The notes: a model not told the origin generated them from the letters alone. A DNA stretch of 64,000 bases from a bacterium (GCA_020057555.1 JAGVFR010000001.1:3062-67061), one strand, 5' to 3'. Numbered from the stretch's first letter, positions 9,209 to 19,611 are shown. Numbers and translations are program-made.

Positions 9209-9223
9209 GAGAGAAAAGAAAGA

Positions 9224-10699
9224 TCAGTGCGCGCGACCCTTGTTTGGATAGGCATGATAGATCTTCATGCCGAGAATGGCTCCGAATATTGTGAATGGCA
9301 ATATGATGATAGGCCAAGCTAGCCATTCGTTTGGATCAGTGATTTTGTGCAATGATGCACCAGGTTGAAAGACCGGAACATAGATACCCATTATGAATGA
9401 TTGCAGTGATGTTCCGAGATACACTGCTCCGTCGATGATTCCAACGGATTTTGCAACGTTCTTTGGACCAGCGAATTCCGCTGAAGCCGTTCCAGACAGA
9501 ATTCCATGCACACCAATGACTGACATGAGAATAATGAAGAGCCCAACACCGGTTACCAAAGACCCGTTGTGCTGTGTATTCTGTCCGATCGAGAAAGCGA
9601 TGATCGCAGAGCCGATGATCATGAGAAAGTAGAGCATCATTGCCATTGGCCCGCGGCGTGACTGGAAGAACTTGTCAGAGATCCATCCGGTTGCGTTTGC
9701 GCCGATCAAACCAGCAATGAGCAATGCAAGGCCCCAATTGCTGGAAAGAAAGAAATCATCCTTGAATCCGATGTGGCTTGCGAATTTCGGATAAGTCTGG
9801 ATACTTCCGTTACGTATTGCCCCAGAGCAGAACTCAATGAGGCAGATGATGAGAACTACGCGGTGCTTCGGATTCAGGAAAACTTCCTTCAGCATCTGAA
9901 ACATCGTGAGCGAATTTGCACTCATGTTTTCGACACCAGTGTCGAATTCTTCAAACCCCGCATCGCTTGGAGTGTTTCGAAGCGTAATCAAGATCGGAAT
10001 CATCCAGAAAAGTCCGAACAGTGCTGGGAATAAGAACAACCACCAACTTTCGTTCATCGCATGTCCGCCAGTACCGAGAATAGATCGAAATGCTGAAGCA
10101 GTGATCGAAAGCTTGTCTAGATCAATTTGTTTTCGAGTTGCATCAACGATCGCATATCCCCAGTCAAAGGCGAAGTAGTTGCCGAGTGCGATGAGAAAGC
10201 CGAAGATCGTTGCAAAGAAGCCTCGTCCACGAGTGTGAAACCATGGAAGATTCACAGCGACAATCGACATGGCTCCGAGCGACTGGAAGAACATGTTGGC
10301 CGAATACAGAACTGTCATGATCGAGACGAACGGTAGTTTCCATGATCCGTTGATGGTCTCCATGACAAGAAATGACATCATCAGGTTGCAAATGATCGTT
10401 CCAGTGAGGCCGAAGAGCATTCCCCAACGTCCGCCCTTGCGATCAACGAGTGGACTCATCGTAAGAAACCCGATCACGTACATCGCGGAGCCCCATGCGA
10501 AAATTCGATAGAAATCCGCTTCTGTCATCAGATTGTCGTCGCCGAGCGCGTGTTGACCTGCATTCAGGCCGTAACGCATGAACACGAGACTCGCGTATCC
10601 GAGGCCCAATGGGAACCAGTTGAGAAAACGTCGAAAGCGATAGCTCGGTGTGTGAACAGGTGTTCCGTTCTTGAATGTAATGAGCGATTGTTTGACCAT
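9224..10699 (-). CDS. MFS transporter, GlpT/UhpT (organophosphate:Pi antiporter)-like
   Basis: ~12 TM helices; DRKGGR and GWISDKFFQSRRGP motifs, VGIIDGAVYLG; SD GGAGGT 6 nt before ATG. Confidence 0.85.
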   Translation of the reverse strand: MVKQSLITFKNGTPVHTPSYRFRRFLNWFPLGLGYASLVFMRYGLNAGQHALGDDNLMTEADFYRIFAWGSAMYVIGFLTMSPLVDRKGGRWGMLFGLTGTIICNLMMSFLVMETINGSWKLPFVSIMTVLYSANMFFQSLGAMSIVAVNLPWFHTRGRGFFATIFGFLIALGNYFAFDWGYAIVDATRKQIDLDKLSITASAFRSILGTGGHAMNESWWLFLFPALFGLFWMIPILITLRNTPSDAGFEEFDTGVENMSANSLTMFQMLKEVFLNPKHRVVLIICLIEFCSGAIRNGSIQTYPKFASHIGFKDDFFLSSNWGLALLIAGLIGANATGWISDKFFQSRRGPMAMMLYFLMIIGSAIIAFSIGQNTQHNGSLVTGVGLFIILMSVIGVHGILSGTASAEFAGPKNVAKSVGIIDGAVYLGTSLQSFIMGIYVPVFQPGASLHKITDPNEWLAWPIIILPFTIFGAILGMKIYHAYPNKGRAH

Positions 10700-10788
10700 T
10701 ATAATACCTCCGGGTGAATGGCACCTTCATGTCACTCGTAATTAGTTTGTTTGTCAATAGTTTCAAAAATGAGTAAAATAGCTTTACT

Positions 10789-11505
10789 ATGTTGACGATT
10801 GTTATTCCAACAAAAAATGAAGAAGAGTTTTTACCGAAACTTCTTGACTCTATTCGCAAACAAACATTTCAACCATCTGAAATAATTGTTGCTGATGCTG
10901 GCTCAACAGACCGCACACGAGAAATTGCGCGTCAGTATGATGCTCGAGTGATTGAGGGTGGATTGCCAGGGCCAGGTCGAAACCGCGGTGCAGTGCTTGC
11001 AAAAACAGAGTTCGTTCTTTTTTTGGATGCCGATGTTGAACTGCGCGATCCAGAATTTTTGGAAAAAGCTGTTGGTGAAATGAAAGAGCGGAAATTAGAT
11101 CTTGCTACATGCGATGTGTTTCCTCTTTCAGATGATCTGCTCGATCACTTCATGCACAAAGCATATAATACATACGCTCGCGCGTGGGGTTCACTTTTTC
11201 CTCATGCCCCGGGTTTTTGTATGTTTGTTAGAAAAGATAAGCACGACAAAATCGGTGGCTTTGATGAGAGTGTGACATTTTGTGAAGATCATGATTATGC
11301 GCGCCGTTTTTTAGATGTTGGCGAGTTTGGATTTCTGAAGAAAACAAAAATTCCAGTTTCAATTCGTAGACTTGATCGAGATGGAAGAATCAACATCGCA
11401 ATCAAGTATTTACTTGCTGAACTTCACACAGCATTTATTGGTCCGATTCGTCACAATCGGTTTCAATATACGTTTGGTCATTCAAAAAAACGAAAAGATG
11501 TATGA
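10789..11505 (+). CDS. Glycosyltransferase family 2
   Basis: IVIPTKNEE, DAGSTDRT, RNRGA, FLDAD, GGFDE..EDHD. Confidence 0.93.
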   Translation: MLTIVIPTKNEEEFLPKLLDSIRKQTFQPSEIIVADAGSTDRTREIARQYDARVIEGGLPGPGRNRGAVLAKTEFVLFLDADVELRDPEFLEKAVGEMKERKLDLATCDVFPLSDDLLDHFMHKAYNTYARAWGSLFPHAPGFCMFVRKDKHDKIGGFDESVTFCEDHDYARRFLDVGEFGFLKKTKIPVSIRRLDRDGRINIAIKYLLAELHTAFIGPIRHNRFQYTFGHSKKRKDV

Positions 11506-12419
11506 CACACAAAATTATTAAAGCAAAAGAAATTGTCTGGATTCATATAAATAGCGTGAATGAGGAATCTTTGGATTATCTCAAACAAAATTTTAAGTTT
11601 CATCATCTTGATTACGATGATATAAGCGCCAGAACATCTCTTTCAAAAATTGACACATACAAACATTATATTTTTTTCACTTTTCATATTCCTGTTTTGA
11701 AAAAAGATGAAAAGATTGTAAGTGGAAACGAATTGTACATATTTATAGATGAGAAGTACATTATCACACTTACACACGAGCCGATTACCTCAATCGAAAA
11801 TTTGTATGAGCACATGGAAAAAGTAAACAAGTTTCGTACAAATGTTTTATCAAAGGGTCCGGCATTCATGCTTTATCGAATTTTAATGGATGCTTTTCGT
11901 GAAACACAATCAATCGTATCTTTTTTAACTCGTGAAGTCGCCAGACTTGAGGAAGCAATCAATCATAGTCATGATAAAAAGATCACAGTTGATCTTGGTA
12001 AAGCAAGACGAAATATTCTTTTTCTTCGACACCTGATTGATCCACAACGTACGATTATTTCAAATCTTACGAGTTCAAAACGTCAGTTTATTTTGGAAGA
12101 TCTAAATATATATTTTGATGATTTACGCGATAATCTTGATACGGTTTGGTCATCGTCTGACAATTTGAAACTATTTGTTGATGGATTATTTGATGTGAAC
12201 GAAGCTTTGCTTTCCCACAAAACAAACGATGTAATCACTCTCCTTACAATTATTTCCGCTTCTATAATGGTTCCGACTTTTATTGCCGGTTTTTACGGAA
12301 TGAACGTTCCGTGGCTTCCTTTTGCGCATCGTCCAGAAGTTGTCGCTTTTGTGTTTTTGGTTTCTTTAACTGTTATGCTTGTAACTGTGCTTTTGATTGT
12401 AAAAAAACATCGATCGTAA
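11502..12419 (+). CDS. corA: CorA-family Mg2+ transporter
   Basis: PTFIAGFYGMNV signature with two C-terminal TM helices. Confidence 0.92.
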   Translation: MTHKIIKAKEIVWIHINSVNEESLDYLKQNFKFHHLDYDDISARTSLSKIDTYKHYIFFTFHIPVLKKDEKIVSGNELYIFIDEKYIITLTHEPITSIENLYEHMEKVNKFRTNVLSKGPAFMLYRILMDAFRETQSIVSFLTREVARLEEAINHSHDKKITVDLGKARRNILFLRHLIDPQRTIISNLTSSKRQFILEDLNIYFDDLRDNLDTVWSSSDNLKLFVDGLFDVNEALLSHKTNDVITLLTIISASIMVPTFIAGFYGMNVPWLPFAHRPEVVAFVFLVSLTVMLVTVLLIVKKHRS

Positions 12420-12422
12420 TTT

Positions 12423-13499
12423 ATGCGTTTCATATTGTTTTCAATTCTAATTTTATTTCCAATAGCTGTTAGCGCTGTTAGTGCTGATCTTTCGATTGGT
12501 GCTGATGACATTCGTTTTTCAAAAGAGATTTTAATTTCTGGTGACAAAGTTCGACTGTATTCGCGAGTTTATAACATTGGGGTTGAAGATGTGTCCGGGT
12601 TCGTAACTTTTTTTCAAAGCACAACAGTGTTGGGAAACTCGCAAGTAATTTCCGTACTTAGTGGTGGTTCGCCAGAAGAGGTATACATTGATTTCACTGT
12701 CCCTTCAGGAGCGTTTAATATAAGGGCGGAAATTCAAGGCACAGATCCCACAGACATAAATTTACAAAACAATACAGCCATCACTGGTATGTTTGAACCA
12801 GTTCATGATCAGGACCTTGATGGTGTTACTGATCAAAAAGACAATTGCGTGAGTTTAGCAAACGCAGATCAAAAAGATGCAGACGCTGATGGTCTTGGTG
12901 ATCTTTGTGATGACGATGATGATAACGACGGTCTGTCAGATGAAGTTGAAGCAGAACTTGGTTTAAAGTCAAAACAAAAAGACACAGATACAGATGGCGT
13001 TGTTGATAAAAAAGATGCTTTTCCAAATGACGCAGATCAGTCAAATTTATCAGAGACTTTTTCTAAAATTGTGAATCAAGTTGTAGAGGATTTGAAGAAG
13101 GCTGAAGAGACAACGGTAGTAGAAGAAGAGGAATTGCAATTTTCTGTTGAACCTCTAACTTTTTCACCTCACACAGTTTTTGGATATTCGCATGACAGTT
13201 GGAATACCTTCACTTTTTCGTTGGTTGGTCCGATTGACGAAAGTTCGCAATACGAATGGACTTTTGGTGATGGAACGAAATCAAATAAAATTAATGTTAC
13301 GCATACTTATAAAAAAAGCGGGGCATATAGTGTAACACTAACAAAAACAGGTGAGAGCGGTCTTTCAGAAAAAGAATTAACAACGGTGCTTGTTCCATTT
13401 TTTACGTTGCAAAATATTTTTGTTGATGTATTGATCGGGCTTCTTGTATTATTGCTCGCAACCGGAGTATTTACGTTTTGGAAGTTAAACAAGAAATAA
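12423..13499 (+). CDS. Surface protein with CARDB-like Ig domain, thrombospondin type-3 Ca-binding repeats, PKD domain and C-terminal TM anchor
   Basis: DLDGVTDQKDNC...DADADGLGDLCDDDDDNDG; YEWTFGDG...HTYKKSGAYSVTLT. Confidence 0.85.
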   Translation: MRFILFSILILFPIAVSAVSADLSIGADDIRFSKEILISGDKVRLYSRVYNIGVEDVSGFVTFFQSTTVLGNSQVISVLSGGSPEEVYIDFTVPSGAFNIRAEIQGTDPTDINLQNNTAITGMFEPVHDQDLDGVTDQKDNCVSLANADQKDADADGLGDLCDDDDDNDGLSDEVEAELGLKSKQKDTDTDGVVDKKDAFPNDADQSNLSETFSKIVNQVVEDLKKAEETTVVEEEELQFSVEPLTFSPHTVFGYSHDSWNTFTFSLVGPIDESSQYEWTFGDGTKSNKINVTHTYKKSGAYSVTLTKTGESGLSEKELTTVLVPFFTLQNIFVDVLIGLLVLLLATGVFTFWKLNKK

Positions 13500-15104
13500 A
13501 TGTTTCGTTTTCTTCACGCTGAATCAAAAACAATAATTGGAGCCGCCGCGATTGTCGGTGCTCTTTCGTTTGTTAGTAGATTTGTAGGTTTTATTCGAGA
13601 TCGTTTACTTGCCGGTGCCTTTGGGGCAGGTGATACTCTCGATGTTTATTACGCGGCGTTCAAAGTTCCTGATTTGATGTTTAATCTGATTGTTGTTGGC
13701 GCAATTTCTTCAAGTTTTATTCCTCTATTTTCTGAATTGTATTTTGGTGATCGAAAGGAATATGCTTGGAAATTCACAAACACAGTGTTGCATATCTTGG
13801 GTCTCATAATGATTGTCATTTCTGTTATTTTGTTTATTTTTTCGGCTCCAATTAGTTCGTTGATAGCTCCTGGTTTTGATGAAGTAAAGCGCGAAGCCGT
13901 AAGTCAGTTCATGCGTGTGATGCTTCTTGCACAGATACTTCTTTCTTTCTCGATGGTTTTTGGGAGTGTTCTTCAAAGTTTCAAACAGTTTTTTCTTTAT
14001 TCACTTGCTCCGATTTTTTACAATGTAGGAATAATTTTTGGTGCTTTGTTTTTAACTAAATTTTTTGGACCAATAGGTTTGGCATGGGGTGTGGTGCTCG
14101 GTGCTTTTTTGCATGTTCTAAGTCAATGGCTTGAATGTAGGCGGTCTGGATATCGACATAAATTTGTTTTTTCAAAAAATACAAAAGAGATGAAAGAGAT
14201 GATTCGAATGACAAGTCCAAGAATGATTGGGATCGTAGTAAATCAATTACTGTTTTTTGTTTTGATGATTATAGCCACGACTCTTCCGACTGGAAGTGTT
14301 ACGGTCTTTCAATTCGCGTATAACATTCAATTCTTTCCAATTGGAATAATCGGTGTCTCATTTGCGATTGCGGCATTTCCGCTTTTTTCTGAACATATAC
14401 AACGTGAAGACATAAAATCTTTCCGTGAATCTTTTTCATCTACAATTCGTCAAACTTTATTTTTACTTATCCCGTTCATGATTCTATTTTTAATTTTGCG
14501 TTCACAAATTGTACGCGTTGTTGTTGGCGCTGGAGCTTTTGATTGGACAGCAACGATTCTAACAGCAGACACTCTTGCGTTTTTTGCTCTAACTTTTATT
14601 CCACAAGCTTTTGTTTTTATTCTTGCACGAGCTTTTTTTGCGCTTCATGACAGTGTCACGCCACTAACCGCAGGACTTGTTGGAACATTGGTTGGAATCA
14701 TTAGTGCGTATTTATTCAGTCCATCATTTGGAGTTGTTGGTCTTGGAATGGCATACTCTTTGTCAGCGATTGTGAATGCAGTGCTTTTGTGGGTGCCGCT
14801 TCGACAAAAGATTCAATCACTTGATGAATCAGTTATATTACAATCTCTCATTAAGTTTTCAGTTTCTGGTTTAGCGTGCGCTGTTGTAATGCAAGGTTTA
14901 AAGCATGTTTTAGTTTTGTTCTTGCCTCTTCACACGTTTTTTAACGTTTTTTTCCAGGGACTTATTGCTGGCGGAGTCGGGTTGCTTGTATATTTTTTCA
15001 TTGCATGGTTGTTAAAGGCAGAGGAGATGAGGGCTTTTGTTGGATCAATGCAAAGAAGGATTCTGCGCAAGGCGCAAGTGGACGCAACTCAAACCCTTGG
15101 GTAG
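13500..15104 (+). CDS. murJ: Lipid II flippase MurJ
   Basis: SRFVGFIRDR..A.AFGAG..DVYYAAFKVPD; ~14 TM; RAFFALHDSVTP. Confidence 0.95.
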   Translation: MFRFLHAESKTIIGAAAIVGALSFVSRFVGFIRDRLLAGAFGAGDTLDVYYAAFKVPDLMFNLIVVGAISSSFIPLFSELYFGDRKEYAWKFTNTVLHILGLIMIVISVILFIFSAPISSLIAPGFDEVKREAVSQFMRVMLLAQILLSFSMVFGSVLQSFKQFFLYSLAPIFYNVGIIFGALFLTKFFGPIGLAWGVVLGAFLHVLSQWLECRRSGYRHKFVFSKNTKEMKEMIRMTSPRMIGIVVNQLLFFVLMIIATTLPTGSVTVFQFAYNIQFFPIGIIGVSFAIAAFPLFSEHIQREDIKSFRESFSSTIRQTLFLLIPFMILFLILRSQIVRVVVGAGAFDWTATILTADTLAFFALTFIPQAFVFILARAFFALHDSVTPLTAGLVGTLVGIISAYLFSPSFGVVGLGMAYSLSAIVNAVLLWVPLRQKIQSLDESVILQSLIKFSVSGLACAVVMQGLKHVLVLFLPLHTFFNVFFQGLIAGGVGLLVYFFIAWLLKAEEMRAFVGSMQRRILRKAQVDATQTLG

Positions 15105-15106
15105 AA

Positions 15107-15144
15107 TGACCCAAAGGTCCGAGAGGTCCAAAAGGACCAAGATG
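15107..15144. repeat. 9-mer tandem repeat after murJ stop
   Basis: TGACCCAAA GGTCCGAGA GGTCCAAAA GGACCAAGA TG; 14-mer AAAGGACCAAGATG also at 3566-3579. Confidence 0.75.
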
Positions 15145-15164
15145 TAATATTAAAATCCAATCTT

Positions 15165-17033
15165 GTGAATCTAAAAGACGTTAGAAAAAAGTATCTTGAA
15201 TATTTCGAAAAACAAGGGCATAAAATTGTGCCTTCTGCTTCGCTATTGCCTGAAAATGATCCGACAACTCTGTTCACTGGTTCTGGAATGCAACCAATGG
15301 TTCCGTATCTTTTAGGCCAACCACATCCGCTTGGAAAACGAATTGCAGACAGTCAAAAATGTTTTCGATCTCAAGATATTGACGAGGTTGGAGATAATCG
15401 TCACACAACTTTTTTTGAAATGCTCGGGAATTGGTCACTTGGCGACTATTTCAAAAAAGAACATATTAAATGGATGTTTGAATTCTTAACAAAAGAAATT
15501 GGTTTGGATCCAAAGCGTTTGTACGTGACGGTCTTTCGAGGAAATGAAGTTTTTGGAATTCCTCGCGATACAGAATCTGTTGAGCTTTGGAAAAAAGTTT
15601 TTGCAGAATCTGGAATCGATTCTCTTGATGTTGATTTTTCTGAACGTGATGGAATGCAAAATGGAAGGATTTTTTATTGTAGTGAAGAAAAAAACTGGTG
15701 GTCGCGTTCAGGTGTTTCAGAAAAAATGCCAATTGGTGAGCCTGGTGGACCAGATAGCGAAATGTTTTGGGATTTTGGAGTCGAACTAAAATTGCATGAA
15801 AATTCGCAATACAAGAACGAACAATGTCATGTCAATTGTGACTGTGGCCGTTTTTTGGAAATCGGAAACAATGTTTTCATGGAATATCTCAAAACTGAAA
15901 AAGGTTTTGAAACGTTGCCGAACAAAAACATAGATTTCGGTGGAGGTCTTGAACGTATAACTGCAGCTCAAAACAATACACCGGATATTTTTTTGATTGA
16001 TGCGTTTGCATCAACTCGGAAAAAATTAGAAGAATTGTCAAACCGTTCATATGACTCTATATCTTCAGATGCAAAAGCATTTCGAGTTATTATGGATCAC
16101 ATTCGTGCCGCTGTGTTTTTGATCGCCGACGGAATCACACCATCTAACAAAGACCAAGGATATTTTGCTCGTCGCTTAATTCGACGCGCTGTTCGATTTG
16201 GGCAAAAGATTGGTATTCAGGAAACGTTTTGTTCTCAAGTCGGCAACGAAGTGATTGAAACTTATACGGAACATTATTTAAATCTTGAGAAACAGAGTAA
16301 AACCATTTTGGAAAAACTTGATGATGAGGAAAAGAAGTTTCTCAAAACACTTTCAAAAGGTGAACGTGAATTTGATAAAATATTTTCTGAACATGGAAAA
16401 ATTTCCGGTCAAGACGCGTTTTTACTTTATGCAACATATGGATTTCCAGTTGAACTCACAGAAGAAATGGCACAAGAAAAAGGTCAGGAAATAGATAAAC
16501 AAATTTTTTCACAAGAGTTTAGTAAACATCAGGAGCTTTCTCGAGCTGGCTCAACAGAAAAATTTTCTGGAGGACTTGCAGACCATTCAATTGAAACAGT
16601 TAAACTTCACACAGCAACGCACATGTTAAATCAAGCGCTTAGAATGGTTCTTGGTGATCATGTTTTTCAACGAGGATCTAATATCACTCATCAAAGATTG
16701 CGTTTTGATTTTTCACATTCTGATCGCTTAACAGACGAACAAATCAAAAAAGTTGAATCAATCGTAAATGAAAATATTCAAAAAAATCTCCCAGTCCATT
16801 TTGAAATTTTGGATCTTGAAGAAGCAAAACAAAAAGGGTCGATTGGAGTCTTTGATGATAAGTATGCTCAACTTGGAGGCAAAATAAAAGTCTTCTTTAT
16901 AGGTGAATCTTTCAGTAAAGAAGTCTGTGGAGGCCCTCATGTTGAGAATACAGGCGAGCTCGGGCACTTCAGTATCCTAAAAGAGGAGTCTGTTGGTGCT
17001 GGTGTCAGACGTATCAAAGCTAGCTTAACTTAG
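15165..17033 (+). CDS. alaS: Alanine--tRNA ligase (short form without C-Ala domain)
   Basis: DPTTLFTGSGM, HTTFFEMLGNWS, HTATH, EVCGGPHV, GVRRIKA; GTG start. Confidence 0.97.
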   Translation: MNLKDVRKKYLEYFEKQGHKIVPSASLLPENDPTTLFTGSGMQPMVPYLLGQPHPLGKRIADSQKCFRSQDIDEVGDNRHTTFFEMLGNWSLGDYFKKEHIKWMFEFLTKEIGLDPKRLYVTVFRGNEVFGIPRDTESVELWKKVFAESGIDSLDVDFSERDGMQNGRIFYCSEEKNWWSRSGVSEKMPIGEPGGPDSEMFWDFGVELKLHENSQYKNEQCHVNCDCGRFLEIGNNVFMEYLKTEKGFETLPNKNIDFGGGLERITAAQNNTPDIFLIDAFASTRKKLEELSNRSYDSISSDAKAFRVIMDHIRAAVFLIADGITPSNKDQGYFARRLIRRAVRFGQKIGIQETFCSQVGNEVIETYTEHYLNLEKQSKTILEKLDDEEKKFLKTLSKGEREFDKIFSEHGKISGQDAFLLYATYGFPVELTEEMAQEKGQEIDKQIFSQEFSKHQELSRAGSTEKFSGGLADHSIETVKLHTATHMLNQALRMVLGDHVFQRGSNITHQRLRFDFSHSDRLTDEQIKKVESIVNENIQKNLPVHFEILDLEEAKQKGSIGVFDDKYAQLGGKIKVFFIGESFSKEVCGGPHVENTGELGHFSILKEESVGAGVRRIKASLT

Positions 17034-17071
17034 CCAAAAAATAACATTTTTGATTATCCACGCGAGGTTTC

Positions 17072-17100
17072 TTGACAGCATTCAAAGGAATGCGTAAAAT
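17072..17100 (+). promoter_or_regulatory. Sigma70 promoter of the infA-rpsI operon
   Basis: TTGACA-17 nt-TAAAAT, 27 nt before infA ATG; spacer contains palindrome GCATTC-AAAG-GAATGC. Confidence 0.85.
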
Positions 17101-17127
17101 ACCGCCGCCTCACAAATTCACTAAATT

Positions 17128-17349
17128 ATGGGCAAGGCAACAAAGGATTTCATTGAAATGCGAGGCACGGTTGAAGAACTTCTTCCGTCCGCAAGTTTTA
17201 AAATCAAGCTAGAAAACGGTCAAACTATTCTTGGCCATCTATCTGGAAAAATGCGAAGGTTTCGCATCAGATTACTTCCGGGTGATGAAGTAAAGGTAGA
17301 AATCAGTCCATACGACCTTACAAAAGGGAGAGTTGTTTATCGTTTTTGA
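17128..17349 (+). CDS. infA: Translation initiation factor IF-1
   Basis: HLSGKMR...[22 protein letters not shown]. Confidence 0.98.
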   Translation: MGKATKDFIEMRGTVEELLPSASFKIKLENGQTILGHLSGKMRRFRIRLLPGDEVKVEISPYDLTKGRVVYRF

Positions 17350-17352
17350 TTT

Positions 17353-17466
17353 ATGAAAGTTAGAGCATCTGCTAAAAAAATTTGTCGTGATTGTCAAGTA
17401 ACACGTCGTAAAGGACGTGTTGTTGTCATTTGTAAAAATCCTAAACACAAACAACGTCAAGGTTAA
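17353..17466 (+). CDS. rpmJ: 50S ribosomal protein L36 (not in ORF track)
   Basis: Translated by hand: [37 protein letters not shown]. Confidence 0.98.
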   Translation: MKVRASAKKICRDCQVTRRKGRVVVICKNPKHKQRQG

Positions 17467-17475
17467 TATTGAATT

Positions 17476-17865
17476 ATGGCAAGAATCGCTGGTGTAAATA
17501 TTCCATCTGAAAAAAGAATCGTCATTGCTCTGGCGTATATTTATGGCGTTGGAAAACCGATGTCAGAAAAGATTTTGAAACAAGCCGGAGTTGATGAAAA
17601 TATTCGAACAAAAGATCTCACTGATGATCAAGTCAAAGCAATCCGTTCTATTCTTGAAGTTCCTGAAACGCGACTTGAAGGTGATTTACGACGCGACGTT
17701 CTTGGAAACATTAAACGTCTGAAAGAAATCGGATCTTACCGTGGAAGCAGACACGCGAAACATTTGCCAGTTCGAGGTCAACGCACAAAATCAAACTCAC
17801 GAACAGTGCGTGGAAACGCTCGACGAACAACTGGAAGCGGTCGTCGTCTTCTAACAAAGACATAA
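17476..17865 (+). CDS. rpsM: 30S ribosomal protein S13
   Basis: [24 protein letters not shown]. Confidence 0.98.
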   Translation: MARIAGVNIPSEKRIVIALAYIYGVGKPMSEKILKQAGVDENIRTKDLTDDQVKAIRSILEVPETRLEGDLRRDVLGNIKRLKEIGSYRGSRHAKHLPVRGQRTKSNSRTVRGNARRTTGSGRRLLTKT

Positions 17866-17868
17866 GAT

Positions 17869-18300
17869 ATGGCAACTGAAAAATCAGTCACAAAGGAAAT
17901 AAAAGCACCTGCACCGAAAACCTCGAAATCCAAAAAGAAGAAAGTGGTTCGACAGGTTTCTCAAGGTTGCGCATATATTCAAGCGACGTTTAACAACACG
18001 ATCGTTACTTTTACGGATTTGAATGGAAATACACTTGCTTGGTCAAGCGCTGGTCATTGCGGATTCAAGGGTCCAAAAAAATCAACACCTTATGCCGCAG
18101 GAATTGTGATTAAGGATGCTATTGAACGTTCAAAAGAAACAGGGCTAAAGGAATTGAACGTATTTGTTACTGGAGTTGGTTCTGGTCGTGATTCAGCAGT
18201 TCGCGCGTTAAATGCAAACGGAATCATAGTTTTGTCGATTAAGGACACCACTCCACTTCCACACAACGGTTGTCGTTCTCCTAAACCTCGTCGAATATAA
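17869..18300 (+). CDS. rpsK: 30S ribosomal protein S11
   Basis: ATFNNTIVT, GFKGPKKSTPYAA, DTTPLPHNGCR. Confidence 0.98.
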   Translation: MATEKSVTKEIKAPAPKTSKSKKKKVVRQVSQGCAYIQATFNNTIVTFTDLNGNTLAWSSAGHCGFKGPKKSTPYAAGIVIKDAIERSKETGLKELNVFVTGVGSGRDSAVRALNANGIIVLSIKDTTPLPHNGCRSPKPRRI

Positions 18301-18303
18301 AGT

Positions 18304-18918
18304 ATGGCAAAGGATTTTACACCAATTGTAAAACGCTCACGTCGTCTTGGAGTAGTGCTTGGAAAAGAAAAAGCTGCTCGTCGACGAAACTATCCTCCGG
18401 GAATTCACGGACCAAAACAGGCACGCTCACGTGCTCGTCTTTCTTCGTATGGAGAACAGTTGCAAGAAAAACAAAAAGCAAAAGCGCTTTATGGAATTTT
18501 GGAACGTCAAATGAGAAAAACTTTTGAAAAAGCCAGCCGTAAGAAAGGGAACACAGCAGAAACCTTTGTTCAATATTTGGAATTACGTTTGGACAATGCG
18601 ATTTATCGTTTGGGTTTTGCCAAAACTCGACGCCAAGCGCGCCAAATGGTAAGTCATGGTTTCATTTTGGTTAGCGGAAAGCATGTAGACATTCCTTCAT
18701 TTGCTGTTTCTGTTGGAGATCAAATCACAATTAAGGAAAACAAAAAAGAAAAAGGCATTGTTAAACAGATTCCTGAAGCAATGATTTCAAGCAAACTCCC
18801 ATCATGGCTTACTCGCGATGAAAAACTATTTTCAGGGAAGGTCACTGCAATTCCTCAAGGTGAGGATCTAGATCAAATTTTTGACCCGACCTTAATCGTC
18901 GAATTTTATTCTCGTTAA
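18304..18918 (+). CDS. rpsD: 30S ribosomal protein S4
   Basis: YPPGIHG, QLQEKQK, LELRLDNAIYRLG, IVEFYSR. Confidence 0.98.
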   Translation: MAKDFTPIVKRSRRLGVVLGKEKAARRRNYPPGIHGPKQARSRARLSSYGEQLQEKQKAKALYGILERQMRKTFEKASRKKGNTAETFVQYLELRLDNAIYRLGFAKTRRQARQMVSHGFILVSGKHVDIPSFAVSVGDQITIKENKKEKGIVKQIPEAMISSKLPSWLTRDEKLFSGKVTAIPQGEDLDQIFDPTLIVEFYSR

Positions 18919-18927
18919 TATATTTGT

Positions 18928-19611
18928 ATGGAAAATATTCTTCTCCCATCTTCCATCACTTTTGAGAAAGGACAGCGGCCAAATGAAGGCGTGCTGATTA
19001 TTGAGCCATGTTTCCATGGCTATGGAACAACGCTAGGCAATGCATTGCGTCGCGTTCTGTTGTCTTCTCTTCCTGGCGCTGCTGTCACAGCAATCAAAAT
19101 GAAAGGAGTGAATCATGAATTTCAATCAGTTGAAAATGTTAAAGAAGATGCTTTGGAAATAATTTTGAATCTCAAAGCTTTGAGAATTCGAATGTTTACT
19201 GATGAGCCAGTCACGCTTAAACTCTCTGTTTCAGGGGAGCAAGTGATAACTGCCGCAGACTTTGAACCTAATGCTGATGTTGAAATCGTGAATCCTGAAA
19301 TGAAAATAATGACAGCAACAGATGCGAAGAGCAAAATTGATTTGGAAATTATTGTTAAAAAGGGCCGAGGTTATTCCTCAACAGAAGAACGATCAGGCGA
19401 AACATCAGATCTTGGAACAATCGCGATCGATTCTCTGTTCTCACCAATCCGAAATGTTGGATATCGTGTTGAAGACACGCGCGTTGGAGAAATCACAAAC
19501 TACGACAAGTTAATTATGACAATTGAAACTGATGGAACGATTGCTCCTGAAGAAGCAGTAAAGCAATCAGCGCAATTCTTGATTGATCACTTTTCTTTGT
19601 TGATAAAATAA
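18928..19611 (+). CDS. rpoA: RNA polymerase alpha subunit, N-terminal domain only (227 aa)
   Basis: GYGTTLGNALRRVLLSSLPG, IDSLFSPI, YDKL..IETDG; stops before linker and CTD. Confidence 0.96.
   Translation: MENILLPSSITFEKGQRPNEGVLIIEPCFHGYGTTLGNALRRVLLSSLPGAAVTAIKMKGVNHEFQSVENVKEDALEIILNLKALRIRMFTDEPVTLKLSVSGEQVITAADFEPNADVEIVNPEMKIMTATDAKSKIDLEIIVKKGRGYSSTEERSGETSDLGTIAIDSLFSPIRNVGYRVEDTRVGEITNYDKLIMTIETDGTIAPEEAVKQSAQFLIDHFSLLIK

Noticed and set aside
18928-19611. rpoA as a pseudogene or frameshift
   Set aside because: N-terminal domain is intact and rplQ follows immediately, leaving no room for a CTD remnant.
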